Source of the DNA: an uncultured bacterium
Lineage (GTDB): Bacteria > Lernaellota > Lernaellaia > Lernaellales > Lernaellaceae
DNA length: 43,346 bases
Assembly (NCBI GenBank): GCA_964534375.1
Contig: CAZHPN010000029.1
Location: 1-43,346 of the forward strand
Direction of reading: 5' to 3'
Part shown: positions 7,700 through 17,605 of the stretch, one piece after another
How the letters are laid out: the number at the start of each line of letters is the position of its first letter
Numbering within the stretch: position 1 is the stretch's first letter
The notes under the pieces: model-generated
Database searches by the model: none
What the model saw: the letters and a program-made list of their open reading frames with translations, nothing else
Told to the model about the DNA's origin: nothing
Position numbers and translations under genes: made by a program

Positions 7700-8334
7700 T
7701 CTACGTGCCGATCATTCATGCCGAGTCGGACCTGGGGACCATGGCCGACGATGTGCGCGCGCAGTTCGACGCCTTGCGCGAGTCCGGCGACAACTGGGAA
7801 CGGCGGGCCGCGGCGATCGACTCCATGTGGGACGGCATCCGCGCCAAACTGTTCGCGCTGCCCGTCGAATGGCGCCGCACGCGCGTCTACCAGGACGGCC
7901 TGCCCGTCTGCCATCTGGAGGCGCAAATCGTGAAGGACCTCGCGGCCAAGGGCAGCCGGAATTTTCAGTTGCTGCTCGAGTTGGCCGCGCGCGGCGGCAC
8001 GGTGATGGGCGCGGACAAATTGGAATTGCTCATCGAGGAATATCAACGCGTGCAAAAATTGGTGCAGGCGGCGCGCGACGGCGCGTCGGACGAGGCGGTG
8101 CGCGAACTGCAAGACGAGGGCGACGCCATCCTGCGCAAGCGCGACGAGTTCATCGCCGCGCACATTCAAGACACGCTGCAAGAGGGCGAAACCGGCGTGC
8201 TGTTTCTCGGCGTGCTGCATCGCGTCGACGAACTGCTGGCCGGGAAGTTCGAAGTGCGGCATTTGATCCACAGCCTCCCGTTCGAGTCGGACGTGCGGCG
8301 GCTTTTGAAGGAGCGTCAGCGATATGGTTCATGA
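7687..8334 (+). CDS. Hypothetical protein (215 aa)
   Basis: The ORF has a non-random composition and a GTG start. It overlaps the upstream receiver gene and the downstream AAA ATPase, so it may be co-transcribed. No motif is recognised. Confidence 0.4.
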   Translation: MRTLIYVPIIHAESDLGTMADDVRAQFDALRESGDNWERRAAAIDSMWDGIRAKLFALPVEWRRTRVYQDGLPVCHLEAQIVKDLAAKGSRNFQLLLELAARGGTVMGADKLELLIEEYQRVQKLVQAARDGASDEAVRELQDEGDAILRKRDEFIAAHIQDTLQEGETGVLFLGVLHRVDELLAGKFEVRHLIHSLPFESDVRRLLKERQRYGS

Positions 8335-10513
8335 AGCAAAAAAACGGCAGACGGAAAGTGTCGCCTTGCGCGTGGCCGAGGCGTTGCCCAAAGACGTCGG
8401 CCGCGGCATCGCCCGGCTCGACCCGCAGGACCTGGCGCGGCTCGGCGCCGAAGTCGGCGACGTGTTGCTGGTGACCGGCGAGCGCGCCACGGCGGCCAAG
8501 GCGATGCCCGCCTACAGCGAGAACCGCGGCCAGGGGCTCGTGCAGATCGACGGCATCGTGCGCGGCAACGCCAAGGCCGGCCTCGACCAGCGCGTCACCG
8601 TGGCCAAAAGCAGCCACGCCCCGGCCGCCAAGATTGTCATGCGGCCCGTCAACGCGGCGGCCGCGGGCCCCCGCGACGGCGACGCGCGCTACGTCGGCCG
8701 GCTGCTCGACGGCCTGCCGCTGCTCGCCGGCGACCGCGTGCGCGCCCTGCTGTTCGGCTCGCGCTTTCAGGATTTCGAGGTGGTGGCGACGCAGCCGCGC
8801 GAGGGCTGCGTGATCGTGCACCCGCAGACGCAAATCGTGATCGAAGCCGAGGGCAAAGCCGGCGGCGGCAAATCGGCCGGCATCTCGTATGAGGACGTCG
8901 GCGGCCTGCACAAGGAAACGCGCCGCGTGCGGGAAATGATCGAACTGCCGCTGCGCTATCCGCAAATCTTCGAGCGCCTGGGCATCGACGCGCCGAAGGG
9001 GGTGCTGCTCTACGGCCCGCCGGGCACGGGCAAGACCTTGCTCGCCCGCGCCGTCGCGCACGAGACCGAGGCGAATTTCATTTCGGTCAGCGGGCCGGAA
9101 GTGATTCACAAGTTCTACGGCGAAAGCGAAGCGAAGCTGCGCGGAATTTTCGAGCAGGCGCGCAAAACCGCACCGTGCATCATCTTCCTCGACGAACTCG
9201 ACGCCATCGCCCCCAAGCGCGAAAACGTGCAGGGCGACGTGGAAAAACGCGTCGTCGCCCAACTCCTGGCGTTGATGGACGGCTTGGAGACGCGCGGGCA
9301 GGTCATCGTCATCGGCGCGACGAATATCCCCAATGTGCTGGACCCGGCCCTGCGGCGGCCCGGCCGCTTCGATCGCGAAATCGAGATCGGCATCCCGGAC
9401 GCCGGGGCGCGGCGCGAAATCCTCGAGATTCATACGCGCGGCATGCCGCTGGCCGACGATGTCGACCTCGGCCGGCTCGCGGAAATCACGCACGGCTTCG
9501 TCGGCGCGGACCTGCAGGCGCTGTGCCGCGAGGCGGCGATGACGACGCTGCGCAACGTGATGCCGGGGATCGACCTGGCGAGCAAAGAAATCCCCTACGA
9601 GGTGCTGGTCGCGCTGAAGGTGACGATGGCGCACTTTCTCTCGGCCCGGGGCGAGGTCGAGGCCTCGGCGGTGCGCGAGGTGTTCGTCGACGTGCCCAAC
9701 GTCAGTTGGGACGACGTCGGCGGCCTGGACGACATCAAACGCGAATTGCACGAAGCGGTCGAGTGGCCGCTCAAACACGCCGCCTTGCTCGCGCACGCCG
9801 GCGTGTCGCCTTCGAAAGGGATTCTGCTCTACGGCCGGCCCGGCAGCGGCAAGACCCTGCTCGCCAAAGCCGTGGGCTCGCAAAGCGGCGTCAATTTCAT
9901 CTCGGTCAAAGGCCCCGCGCTGCTGTCGAAGTACGTCGGCGAAAGCGAAAAGGGCATCCGCGAAGTCTTCAAGAAAGCGCGCCAGGCCGCGCCCTGCATC
10001 TTGTTTTTCGACGAGATCGACGCGCTCGCGCCGACCCGCACCGCCGAAAGCGGCGATTCGCACGTGGCGCAACGCGTGATCAGCCAACTGCTGACCGAAA
10101 TGGACGGCGTGGAAGAGCTCAAGGGCGTGCTGGTCATCGCCGCCACCAATCGCAAGGACATGCTCGATCCGGCGCTGCTGCGACCCGGACGCTTCGATCT
10201 CTTGATCGAGATGCCGACGCCCGACGCCGGCGCCCGCGCCAAAATCTTCGAGGTCTGCCTGAAAGGGAAGCCCCTGGCCAAGGGCGTGCGCCTTACGGAT
10301 CTGGCGCAGCGCACCGAGGGCGCGACCGGCGCCGACATCGACTCGATCTGCCGCCGCGCCGCGTTCCTGGCGGTGCGCGATTTTCTCGCGACGCACGCCG
10401 ATGAAGACGCGGCCAGTCTGCGCATCACCGACGAAAAACTGCGGGCCGCGATCCGCGACATCAGGGGGTCGAATCCGTCCGCGCGCGACGAAGCCGAACA
10501 GCGAGCCCAATAA
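8324..10513 (+). CDS. CDC48/VCP-like AAA+ ATPase with two AAA domains
   Basis: It has an N-domain, two Walker A motifs ([15 protein letters not shown] and [15 protein letters not shown]) and two second-region-of-homology motifs ([13 protein letters not shown] and [13 protein letters not shown]). Confidence 0.85.
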   Translation: MVHEAKKRQTESVALRVAEALPKDVGRGIARLDPQDLARLGAEVGDVLLVTGERATAAKAMPAYSENRGQGLVQIDGIVRGNAKAGLDQRVTVAKSSHAPAAKIVMRPVNAAAAGPRDGDARYVGRLLDGLPLLAGDRVRALLFGSRFQDFEVVATQPREGCVIVHPQTQIVIEAEGKAGGGKSAGISYEDVGGLHKETRRVREMIELPLRYPQIFERLGIDAPKGVLLYGPPGTGKTLLARAVAHETEANFISVSGPEVIHKFYGESEAKLRGIFEQARKTAPCIIFLDELDAIAPKRENVQGDVEKRVVAQLLALMDGLETRGQVIVIGATNIPNVLDPALRRPGRFDREIEIGIPDAGARREILEIHTRGMPLADDVDLGRLAEITHGFVGADLQALCREAAMTTLRNVMPGIDLASKEIPYEVLVALKVTMAHFLSARGEVEASAVREVFVDVPNVSWDDVGGLDDIKRELHEAVEWPLKHAALLAHAGVSPSKGILLYGRPGSGKTLLAKAVGSQSGVNFISVKGPALLSKYVGESEKGIREVFKKARQAAPCILFFDEIDALAPTRTAESGDSHVAQRVISQLLTEMDGVEELKGVLVIAATNRKDMLDPALLRPGRFDLLIEMPTPDAGARAKIFEVCLKGKPLAKGVRLTDLAQRTEGATGADIDSICRRAAFLAVRDFLATHADEDAASLRITDEKLRAAIRDIRGSNPSARDEAEQRAQ

Positions 10514-10516
10514 GCG

Positions 10517-11830
10517 ATGTTCTGCCTGACGTACCAAAACGAACAGGAACGGGCCCGGGCCGTGGTCGCCATCGCCCGCCGTTGCCGGAAAGCGCGCACG
10601 GCTTTCGCGTTCGTCGGCACGGCGGCGCAATGCGCGGCCCTTCGGCCGGAGGTCAAACGGCTCTCGGCGCCGGTGCACCGGAGCGTGACCTACTGCGCCA
10701 CGGAACTCGCCGTGATCGCGCACAGTCATGCCGCGCTGAACGAGGCGATCGGCGCGTTGCGCACGACCTTGCTCGAACTGTCGGCCGACGGCCGCCCGCT
10801 GGTGGTCTGGGTCGATTCGCCGCTCATGCCCGCCGGCGCCGCGCATGCCGGCGCGATGTGGGTCTACCGCAACGCGGTCGACGATTTCGCGGCCCTGGCG
10901 CGGTTGCGCATCGTCAACGCCTATCGCTTCGCCGAGGTCGCGCCGGCGGTGCGCGCCAATTTGTTCGAGGTGGCCAACGCGGTCATCAGCGCCCGCTCCG
11001 TTTTCCCGCTCTGTCCGCCGTGGGTGATCGAAGCGCCGGCTGAACCGCGCCGCGACAATTCCCGGGTCGCCGGCGCGGCGGCGCCGGGGGCCGGCTTCGG
11101 CTTCGGTTCGTTGCTGCAGGCGGAAAAGCTGGCGACGATCGGGCAGATGGCCGCCGGCTTCGCGCACGAACTGGGCAATCCGCTGTCGGTTATCAGCTCC
11201 AGCATTCAGCATTTGCAACAACGGTTCGAGGCCGCCGGCGATCCGGAGCGCGAATTCGCGACGCTGGCCTTGCAAAACGTCGAGCGGATGCAGGGCCTGC
11301 TGCAGAACATTCGCGAGGCGGCGGGCGTGCGCGAACGGCAATTCCAGGCCGTCGAACTCAAAGAAGTCGTGGCGGAAGTGCTGCGCTTCGCGGCGGCGGA
11401 ATTTCGCCGGCGCGGCGTCGCGGTCCAGGTCCGGTTCGATGCGGCGTTGCCGCGCGTCTTCGTGGATCCCAGCGGCGTGAAACAGGTGTTGCTCAACGTG
11501 GTCCGCAATGCGCTCGACGCCATGAACGGCGGCGGCGGCGCGTTGCGCGTGCACGCGTCGTGGTCGCGGGACAAGAACGCGGCCGTCGTGAAAATTGCGA
11601 ACAACGGCCCGGCGATCGCCGCGGCGGATTTGCCCTGCATGTTCCGGCCGTTTTTTACGACGAAGAAAGAAGGGACCGGCCTCGGCCTTTTCCTGTCGCG
11701 AAAAATCGCGCGGGAGCATGGCGGCGACCTGGCGGCGGAAAACGTGCCGGGCGGCGTGCGCTTCGTACTGACGCTGCCGCGGGATCCCCGCGAAAGGGAC
11801 GATCATGGCCAACATACTAATTGTGGATGA
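10517..11830 (+). CDS. Cytoplasmic sensor histidine kinase (HisKA + HATPase_c) with an uncharacterised N-terminal domain
   Basis: The H-box is 'AAGFAHELGNPLSVI'. The N/G boxes are 'LLNVVRNALDAM' and 'FFTTKKEGTGLGLFLS'. No hydrophobic TM segments are seen. The 3' end overlaps the NtrC-type regulator by 26 nt. Confidence 0.8.
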   Translation: MFCLTYQNEQERARAVVAIARRCRKARTAFAFVGTAAQCAALRPEVKRLSAPVHRSVTYCATELAVIAHSHAALNEAIGALRTTLLELSADGRPLVVWVDSPLMPAGAAHAGAMWVYRNAVDDFAALARLRIVNAYRFAEVAPAVRANLFEVANAVISARSVFPLCPPWVIEAPAEPRRDNSRVAGAAAPGAGFGFGSLLQAEKLATIGQMAAGFAHELGNPLSVISSSIQHLQQRFEAAGDPEREFATLALQNVERMQGLLQNIREAAGVRERQFQAVELKEVVAEVLRFAAAEFRRRGVAVQVRFDAALPRVFVDPSGVKQVLLNVVRNALDAMNGGGGALRVHASWSRDKNAAVVKIANNGPAIAAADLPCMFRPFFTTKKEGTGLGLFLSRKIAREHGGDLAAENVPGGVRFVLTLPRDPRERDDHGQHTNCG

Positions 11831-13211
11831 CGAACCGAATCTGTGCCGGCTGCTGACGATGCTGCTGCGCGAGCACGGGCACCGGGCGCGGTACGTGCTG
11901 TCGGGCGAGGATGCGCTGACCGCCGCGGCCGAACACGTCCCCGATCTCGCGCTGCTCGACTTGAACATGACCGGCATGGACGGCATGGAAACGCTGCGGC
12001 GGCTGAAACGCCAGGCCCCCGAACTCCAGGTGGTCATCATGTCGGCCGTCGGCGACCTGAGCGTGGCCGTGCGGGCGATGAAACAGGGCGCCGTCGATTT
12101 CCTTTCCAAACCGTTCGACAACAAGGCGTTGCTGTCCACGATCGACACTCATCTGGCCAACCGTAGCGAGGCCCCCCCGGACTCGCCGTTGCTCATAGGA
12201 CAGAGCCCTACCTTCCTGACCGCCGTCGACGAGGCGCGCAAATTCGCGCCGCCCGACATCAACGTGCTGCTGCTTGGCGAGACCGGCACGGGCAAGGAAC
12301 TCTTCGCGAAGACGATCCACGCTTGCAGCAAACGGCGCAACGGACCGTTCGTGGCGATGGACTGCTCGATGCTCGCCGAGAACCTGTTCGAGAGCGAACT
12401 GTTCGGCTATGAAAAAGGGGCCTTCACCGGCGCCGACACGTCGCGTATCGGCCGGCTGGAGCTGGCCCAGGGCGGCACGCTGTTCCTGGACGAAATCGGC
12501 AATCTGCCGCTGGCGTTCCAGGCGAAGATGCTGCGCGTTCTACAGGAGCGCCGCATGGTGCGCGTCGGCGGGCGCAAGACGATCGCCCTGGATGTGCGGC
12601 TGATCTCGGCGACCAATGTCAATGTCAAAGAAGCGGTCCAGGCGGGCCGGTTCCGGCAGGATCTCTTTTATCGGCTGCAGGAAGTCGCGATCAACCTGCC
12701 GCCGCTGCGCGAACGTCCCGGCGATGTGCGGCTGCTCGCGGAACGTTTCGTCGCGACCTACGCCAAGGCCTTCCAGGCCCCGGTGGCCTCGATCTCGCCG
12801 GAGGCGCTCCGGACGCTGGAATCGCATCCGTGGCCGGGCAATGTCCGCGAACTCGAAAATGCGATGAAGTCCGCCGTGGTGCGGGCCGCGGACATTATGC
12901 GCCGCGAGGATCTGCCGCCCGAGATTCAGGGGGAGTGTGCGGCGCCCGCCGCTTCGGCCCCGGCGTCCGCGCCGATCGGCCGGCGCCAGCGGCTGCTCGT
13001 GGAAATCGAATACGAACTCGACGCGCTGGGCGTCGACTTGAAAGCGATCGGCGCGCAAGCGGCCGAGCGGGCGGAAAGCCAGGTGCTGCAGGATTTGTCG
13101 AAGCGCGTGCGCGTCGCGGGCAGCCGCCTGGCGAAAATGGTCAACGTCGACCCCAAGACGTTGCGGACCAAGCTGCGCAAATACGGTCTCGAAACTCACG
13201 GAATATCATAA
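11805..13211 (+). CDS. Sigma-54-dependent response regulator (NtrC family enhancer-binding protein)
   Basis: The receiver reads '[14 protein letters not shown]' and '[13 protein letters not shown]'. The AAA+ sigma-54 interaction domain reads '[12 protein letters not shown]' and '[15 protein letters not shown]' (GAFTGA). A C-terminal HTH is present. Confidence 0.85.
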   Translation: MANILIVDDEPNLCRLLTMLLREHGHRARYVLSGEDALTAAAEHVPDLALLDLNMTGMDGMETLRRLKRQAPELQVVIMSAVGDLSVAVRAMKQGAVDFLSKPFDNKALLSTIDTHLANRSEAPPDSPLLIGQSPTFLTAVDEARKFAPPDINVLLLGETGTGKELFAKTIHACSKRRNGPFVAMDCSMLAENLFESELFGYEKGAFTGADTSRIGRLELAQGGTLFLDEIGNLPLAFQAKMLRVLQERRMVRVGGRKTIALDVRLISATNVNVKEAVQAGRFRQDLFYRLQEVAINLPPLRERPGDVRLLAERFVATYAKAFQAPVASISPEALRTLESHPWPGNVRELENAMKSAVVRAADIMRREDLPPEIQGECAAPAASAPASAPIGRRQRLLVEIEYELDALGVDLKAIGAQAAERAESQVLQDLSKRVRVAGSRLAKMVNVDPKTLRTKLRKYGLETHGIS

Positions 13212-13413
13212 AGGAGCGCGACGTGCGCCGCATCGTCCACCACAAAATTGCGCCGGCGTCGGGCAAGCATTCCCCCGCGAGGGGAACCGATTCCCGGGGT
13301 TCGTTCCCCCAGGACGGCGCGCCGATAACCGGGACTTCGGGCGCGGCCCGAAAAATATCACAAAATCCGAACGTTGACGCGTTTTCGCCGCCGCCGGCGG
13401 GCCCGGCGCCCGT

Positions 13414-13429
13414 TGGCGCCGGTCTTGCT
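13414..13429 (+). promoter_or_regulatory. Sigma-54 (-24/-12) promoter TGGCGC-cggtc-TTGCT upstream of gvpA
   Basis: Read directly: the GG and GC dinucleotides are spaced as in the consensus TGGCAC-N5-TTGCW. It lies about 50 bp upstream of the gvpA start and directly downstream of the NtrC-family activator gene. Confidence 0.6.
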
Positions 13430-13480
13430 AAACCCCATATCGCCGCAACAACGCGGCGCAAAAAAACAAGGGGTATGAAA

Positions 13481-13702
13481 ATGGCAAAGGTTATGAAGTC
13501 AACTGATTCCTCGAGCCTGGCGGAAGTGGTGGACCGGATTCTCGACAAAGGCATCGTGATCGACGCTTGGGCCAAAGTCTCGCTGGTCGGCATCGAACTG
13601 TTGTCGGTCGAAGCGCGCGTTGTTATCGCGTCGGTCGAGACGTACCTGAAGTACGCGGAAGCCATCGGCTTGACCGCCACCGCGGCCGCGCCCACGGCGT
13701 AA
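13481..13702 (+). CDS. gvpA: Gas vesicle structural protein GvpA
   Basis: '[65 protein letters not shown]' is almost the canonical GvpA sequence. An AAGGGG SD lies 8 nt upstream of the ATG at 13481. Confidence 0.95.
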   Translation: MAKVMKSTDSSSLAEVVDRILDKGIVIDAWAKVSLVGIELLSVEARVVIASVETYLKYAEAIGLTATAAAPTA

Positions 13703-13719
13703 GCGGACGTGACGGCACA

Positions 13720-13761
13720 GGGGTCCGCTCCCCGAGACTGGCGGGCACGTCGATCTCGGGG
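13720..13761 (+). terminator. GC-rich stem-loops just after gvpA: GGGG-tccgct-CCCC and CCCCGAGA-N16-TCTCGGGG. This is a possible attenuator or partial terminator with no U-tract.
   Basis: Read directly. The position is like the partial terminators often found after gvpA that lower expression of downstream gvp genes. Confidence 0.3.
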
Positions 13762-13854
13762 GGCGGCTCCGACGAAAGCCGCGGTCGGCAACGTTTCACG
13801 GCGCGCGGTTCCCTTTGACGGGCCGCCGCCTCAACCGAAGAAAGGAGATCGGTG

Positions 13855-14280
13855 ATGAGCAATCATTTTACGAGTTTCACGGTCGATACGATGAAAGCGT
13901 TTGGCCAGGATTTGGCGGATCTGGCGCAGCATCGCACGGAAAGCATCACGAACATCCGCAATCATACCGAAGGCATGCTCGCGGGGTTCCTGAAAGAATT
14001 TCACGACGCGGCCGCCAAGCGCCGGAACGATGCGGCGGAAGACGCCGAAGCCCGCCGCAACCACTTGAACGCCTTGCGCGCCGAAGTGCAGTCGCTGCGC
14101 GAGACCTTCACGGCCGAGCGCGAAGCGATGGCCACCGACATCCGCGAGATGGCCGCCGAGCTGCGGCAGGCGTGCGAAACGTTCCGCAATCGTCCGCGGG
14201 CCGACCAGGCCTCGCCGGCGAAGGAATCGCCGCGCAGCAGCGGCCGCGGCAAGAACAAGCACAACAAGAGCGCGGAGTGA
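13855..14280 (+). CDS. Coiled-coil protein in the gvpC position. It has no GvpC 33-aa repeats.
   Basis: An AGGAGA SD precedes the ATG at 13855. The protein is Ala/Glu/Arg-rich and predicted helical (AEDAEARRNHLNALRAEVQSLRETFTAEREAMATDIREMAAELRQ). It lies between gvpA and gvpN. Confidence 0.5.
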   Translation: MSNHFTSFTVDTMKAFGQDLADLAQHRTESITNIRNHTEGMLAGFLKEFHDAAAKRRNDAAEDAEARRNHLNALRAEVQSLRETFTAEREAMATDIREMAAELRQACETFRNRPRADQASPAKESPRSSGRGKNKHNKSAE

Positions 14281-14380
14281 TCGCGGGACAGCCGCGCGCC
14301 GTGCGCGGCTGCCAATGCGGGCGCGGGCCGGGCGAAACCAGAAAGCGGAGCGACGGCGGCGTCGCGAAAGGAAAGGGACG

Positions 14381-15412
14381 ATGAACGGAAACGGCGAACA
14401 ACCCAATGTCGTAGCTCTCATGGACATCGCGTCGCCGACGGGCATGGCCGTCGAACCGAGCGAGGACTTCGTTCAAACTCCCGCGGTGCGGCAGTTGGCG
14501 AACCGGGCTCTCGCCTATCTCAAAGCGGGATACCCGGTTCATTTCTCCGGCCCGACGGGAACGGGAAAAACGACGCTGGCGCTGCACGTGGCGGCGCTGC
14601 GCGGCCGGCCGGTCACGCTGATGCACGGCGACGACGAGTTCAGCTCCAGCGACCTGGTCGGCGGCGAATACGGATATCGCAAAAGCAAGCTGATCGACAA
14701 CTTCATTCACTCGGTGGTCAAAACGGAAGAAAGCGTCAACACGCTGTGGACGGACAATCGGCTGACGCTGGCCTGCCGGGCCGGCGACACGTTGGTGTAC
14801 GACGAATTCACGCGCTCGCGGCCGGAAGCGAACAACGCGCTGCTCTCGGTGCTCGAGGAGCGGTTGCTCTCGCTGCCCAAACGGATGCCGCGCGCGGACG
14901 GTTATATGGAAGTCCATCCGGATTTTCGCGCGATCTTCACGTCGAATCCGGAGGAATACGCCGGCGTCCATCGCACGCAGGACGCGCTGCTGGACCGCCT
15001 GATCACCATCAAGGTCGATTATTTCAATCGCGATACGGAGGTGGAAATTACCCGCATGAAATCCGGACTGACCTTGGCGGAAGCCGTGATGATCGTGGAT
15101 GTCGTGCGCCAGTTGCGCGATATGGGGTTGACCAAGCAAGGGCCGAGTCTGCGCGCCTGCATCATGATCGGCCGCATCGCGGCTCAGCAGGGCGCGCACG
15201 CCCGGCGCGGCGACACGGTGTTCTCCGAAATCTGCCACGACGTGCTGGGCGGCCTGGCGCCGCGGGTCGTGCACGACGGCAAAAAGGGCATTCACTCGAT
15301 GATCGACGAAATCATCGCCAAGTGCGCCAAGGACGAGCGGCGGCCCGTGCGGGAAATCGCGGTCGGCGACAACGGGACGGCGATCGCCGTGAAGAAGGAG
15401 CAGCGGTCATGA
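14381..15412 (+). CDS. gvpN: Gas vesicle protein GvpN (MoxR/CbbQ-like AAA+ ATPase)
   Basis: The Walker A motif is 'FSGPTGTGKTTLALHVA' and the Walker B region is 'TLVYDEFTRSRPEANNALLSVLEER'. The size and position after gvpA are as expected. Confidence 0.85.
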   Translation: MNGNGEQPNVVALMDIASPTGMAVEPSEDFVQTPAVRQLANRALAYLKAGYPVHFSGPTGTGKTTLALHVAALRGRPVTLMHGDDEFSSSDLVGGEYGYRKSKLIDNFIHSVVKTEESVNTLWTDNRLTLACRAGDTLVYDEFTRSRPEANNALLSVLEERLLSLPKRMPRADGYMEVHPDFRAIFTSNPEEYAGVHRTQDALLDRLITIKVDYFNRDTEVEITRMKSGLTLAEAVMIVDVVRQLRDMGLTKQGPSLRACIMIGRIAAQQGAHARRGDTVFSEICHDVLGGLAPRVVHDGKKGIHSMIDEIIAKCAKDERRPVREIAVGDNGTAIAVKKEQRS

Positions 15413-15723
15413 AAAAACCGTCGCGCGAAGCCAAGTGCATCAAGACGTTGGCGTCGATTCGGGGCTCGGGATCGAATTCGGGCGAGCGCCACGTGCACCA
15501 ATTTCAATTGGCTTCCTTGGAACTCGACCGCTCGCGGCGGATGAACGAGAAGAACTCGGCCGCGGCGCGGATTCGGGAAATCGACGTGCGGCTGCACGAG
15601 ATCGACAAAGAGATTCGCCGGCATCAGCAGGCGTTGGACGCGGGCGGCGCCGGCCGCGCGTCGTCGCCGGCGAACGCGTCCGAACCAGCGGCGGGCCCGC
15701 GCCGACGGACGTTGCGGTACTAA
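15409..15723 (+). CDS. Small coiled-coil protein (104 aa), translationally coupled to gvpN (ATGA overlap)
   Basis: The ATG at 15409 overlaps the gvpN stop codon. It has a helical charged segment 'NEKNSAAARIREIDVRLHEIDKEIRRHQQALDAGG'. Confidence 0.45.
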   Translation: MKKPSREAKCIKTLASIRGSGSNSGERHVHQFQLASLELDRSRRMNEKNSAAARIREIDVRLHEIDKEIRRHQQALDAGGAGRASSPANASEPAAGPRRRTLRY

Positions 15724-15777
15724 TCGCGAAGCGGCGGCTCGGACCGCCGCCGTACAACTAATTGGGGACGCACAAAG

Positions 15778-16029
15778 ATGAGCATCAAATTAAATTGTCT
15801 GGCCTGCGGACACACGCTGACGCTCGGCGACGCGTACGAGGACTTCACCGGCGAGGTTCATTGCTGGGGCTGCCACACGCTGCTGGAAATCGCGTTGGTG
15901 GACGGCCGGCTCCGGTCGATCCGGCGGGCGGGAACCGGCGGCGCCGCGCTGGCCGCGCCCGCACACGAACAACCGGCGGAGCCGCAAGCGCCGCTGCCGC
16001 GGGATGGCGAGGCGGGTTATGGCGAATAA
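15778..16029 (+). CDS. Small zinc-ribbon protein (CxxC ... CxxC)
   Basis: 'MSIKLNCLACGHTLTLGDAYEDFTGEVHCWGCHTLLEIALVDG' has a GGGGA SD upstream. The C-terminal half is low-complexity. It overlaps the gvpF start. Confidence 0.4.
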   Translation: MSIKLNCLACGHTLTLGDAYEDFTGEVHCWGCHTLLEIALVDGRLRSIRRAGTGGAALAAPAHEQPAEPQAPLPRDGEAGYGE

Positions 16030-16783
16030 AGGGCTTTATCTCTACGGCCTGATTCGCGCGGACGACCAGCGGGAGTTCGGCTGCATCGGCTTGGCCGACG
16101 AAGGCGCGCCGGCGCTGGTGACGTCGATTTGCATCGCCGGGGTCTGCGCCGTGGTCAGCGACTGCGGGACGCAAAAAATCATGCCGTTGCGGAAGTATCT
16201 GGATCCCTATCATCGGGTGATCCAGGAAGTGATGAAAACGGCGACGATCATCCCCATTCGTTTCGGGCACGTCGCCAGAAACCGCGACGCCATCGCGACG
16301 ATGTTGAAGCACAACCGCGACACGATCCGCGAAGGTCTCGACCGGGTCGCCGGCTGCGTCGAAATGGGGCTGAAGGTGAAATGGGATGTGGACAACATCT
16401 TCGAACATTTCATCGGCATCGACGCGGAACTGGCCGCCTTTCGCGACGAGATCTTCGGCCGGTCGCAGGCGCCGAGCCTGGCGGAAAAAATCGAGCTGGG
16501 CCGGCTCTTCGCGGAGCGGCGGGCGAAGGAACGCGAGCGGGAGACGGAGCGGGTCATCGAACAGTTCCAGGGGTTTTCCGCCGACGTGAAATCGAATACC
16601 CCCAAGAACGAAACCGTCGTCATGGATCTCGCCTTTTTGGTGGCCCGCGACGCGATGAAGACGTTCGAGGAGCGGGTGTATCAAGTGGCGGCGACGTTCC
16701 CGTCGCACTATCTGTTCGACTACACGGGGCCGTGGGCGCCGTTCAACTTCGTGGACCTGGATCTGCAAACGCCGGACGATTGA
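16019..16783 (+). CDS. gvpF: Gas vesicle protein GvpF/GvpL family
   Basis: The N-terminus 'GLYLYGLIRADDQREFGCIGL' is typical of GvpF/L. The length, about 255 aa, also fits the family. Confidence 0.8.
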   Translation: MANKGLYLYGLIRADDQREFGCIGLADEGAPALVTSICIAGVCAVVSDCGTQKIMPLRKYLDPYHRVIQEVMKTATIIPIRFGHVARNRDAIATMLKHNRDTIREGLDRVAGCVEMGLKVKWDVDNIFEHFIGIDAELAAFRDEIFGRSQAPSLAEKIELGRLFAERRAKERERETERVIEQFQGFSADVKSNTPKNETVVMDLAFLVARDAMKTFEERVYQVAATFPSHYLFDYTGPWAPFNFVDLDLQTPDD

Positions 16784-16792
16784 GGGGACGCC

Positions 16793-17023
16793 ATGGGCAT
16801 CATCAACGCGTCGGTGCGCGGGCTGTTTCGCGTGTTCGATGAGGTCGCCGATCTCGCCGAAAAAGAACTGTACGACGAGGACGGGGTCAAAAACGAACTC
16901 ATGGAAATCTACAAGAATCTCGAAGCCGGCGTGCTCGACGAAGAAGAGTTCGAACGCCGGGAAGCCCGTTTGGTCGAGCGGCTGGGCGAGATCGAGGAGC
17001 GGCAGAAATCGAGGGGTCGATGA
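16793..17023 (+). CDS. gvpG: Gas vesicle protein GvpG
   Basis: The 76-aa product 'FRVFDEVADLAEKELYDEDGVKNELMEIYKNLEAGVLDEEEFERREARLVERLGEIEE' matches the GvpG pattern (ELYDE ... EEEFE...LLERL). Confidence 0.75.
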   Translation: MGIINASVRGLFRVFDEVADLAEKELYDEDGVKNELMEIYKNLEAGVLDEEEFERREARLVERLGEIEERQKSRGR

Positions 17024-17605
17024 CGACGAGAATCGCCGGCGGCGTGTGGCGCCGCGGCGGCCGGCCGGCGCTGGCGCAGCCCGGCGACGAAGGACCGTGG
17101 CGCCGCGGAGGACGGCGTCCGACGCCGCACGGCGTGCGCGCCAAACGCCGGATCGGGCGGCGCGCGCCGTTTCATCCGGGCGACCCGCGGTTTGAGATGT
17201 TTCTGGATGGCGCGTGAATCGTCGGTTCCGCAACGCGACACGAGAGGTTGGGACGACATGAGAAAGCGGCCCGCGATCGGCGGCAAAACCAGCAACGCAA
17301 CAGCGCGCGGCGGCAACCAACCGCCTCGCGCCGTGCGATCGCCCGCGCACCACGACGGCTTGCTCGACGCCGGCGCCTCGGACGACGCGTTCGTCGCGCT
17401 CGAACGCTGCCTGGAACGGATTCCGGTCGGGAGTTGGGCGGGCATGGTGATCGTCCGGCGCACAGAGCCGAACGCGATGAGCCGGGCGCGCGAAGGCAGC
17501 CGGCAGCCGGCGCCCGGCGACGCGTACCGCAGTTGTTTCCCGACGCGTCCGCCGCTCGCGCCGGCGGCGGCGGGCGATGCGCAGGGCGCCCTCGGGAGAA
17601 TCGTG

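Noticed and set aside
8150-12148. A 1332-aa ORF on the minus strand
   Set aside because: It is antisense to the well-supported CDC48, kinase and NtrC-regulator genes. Its Arg/Ala/Gly-rich low-complexity translation is typical of stop-poor antisense frames in high-GC DNA.
17024-17605. Coding potential in the 580-bp gap between gvpG and cheR (ORFs 17020-17217, 17248-17703, and the upstream extension of the cheR frame to 17192)
   Set aside because: All the translations are Arg/Pro/Ala-rich with no domain signal. The CheR_N domain begins only near 17606, where a good SD is present. An N-terminal extension to 17477 cannot be fully excluded, as noted in the cheR feature.
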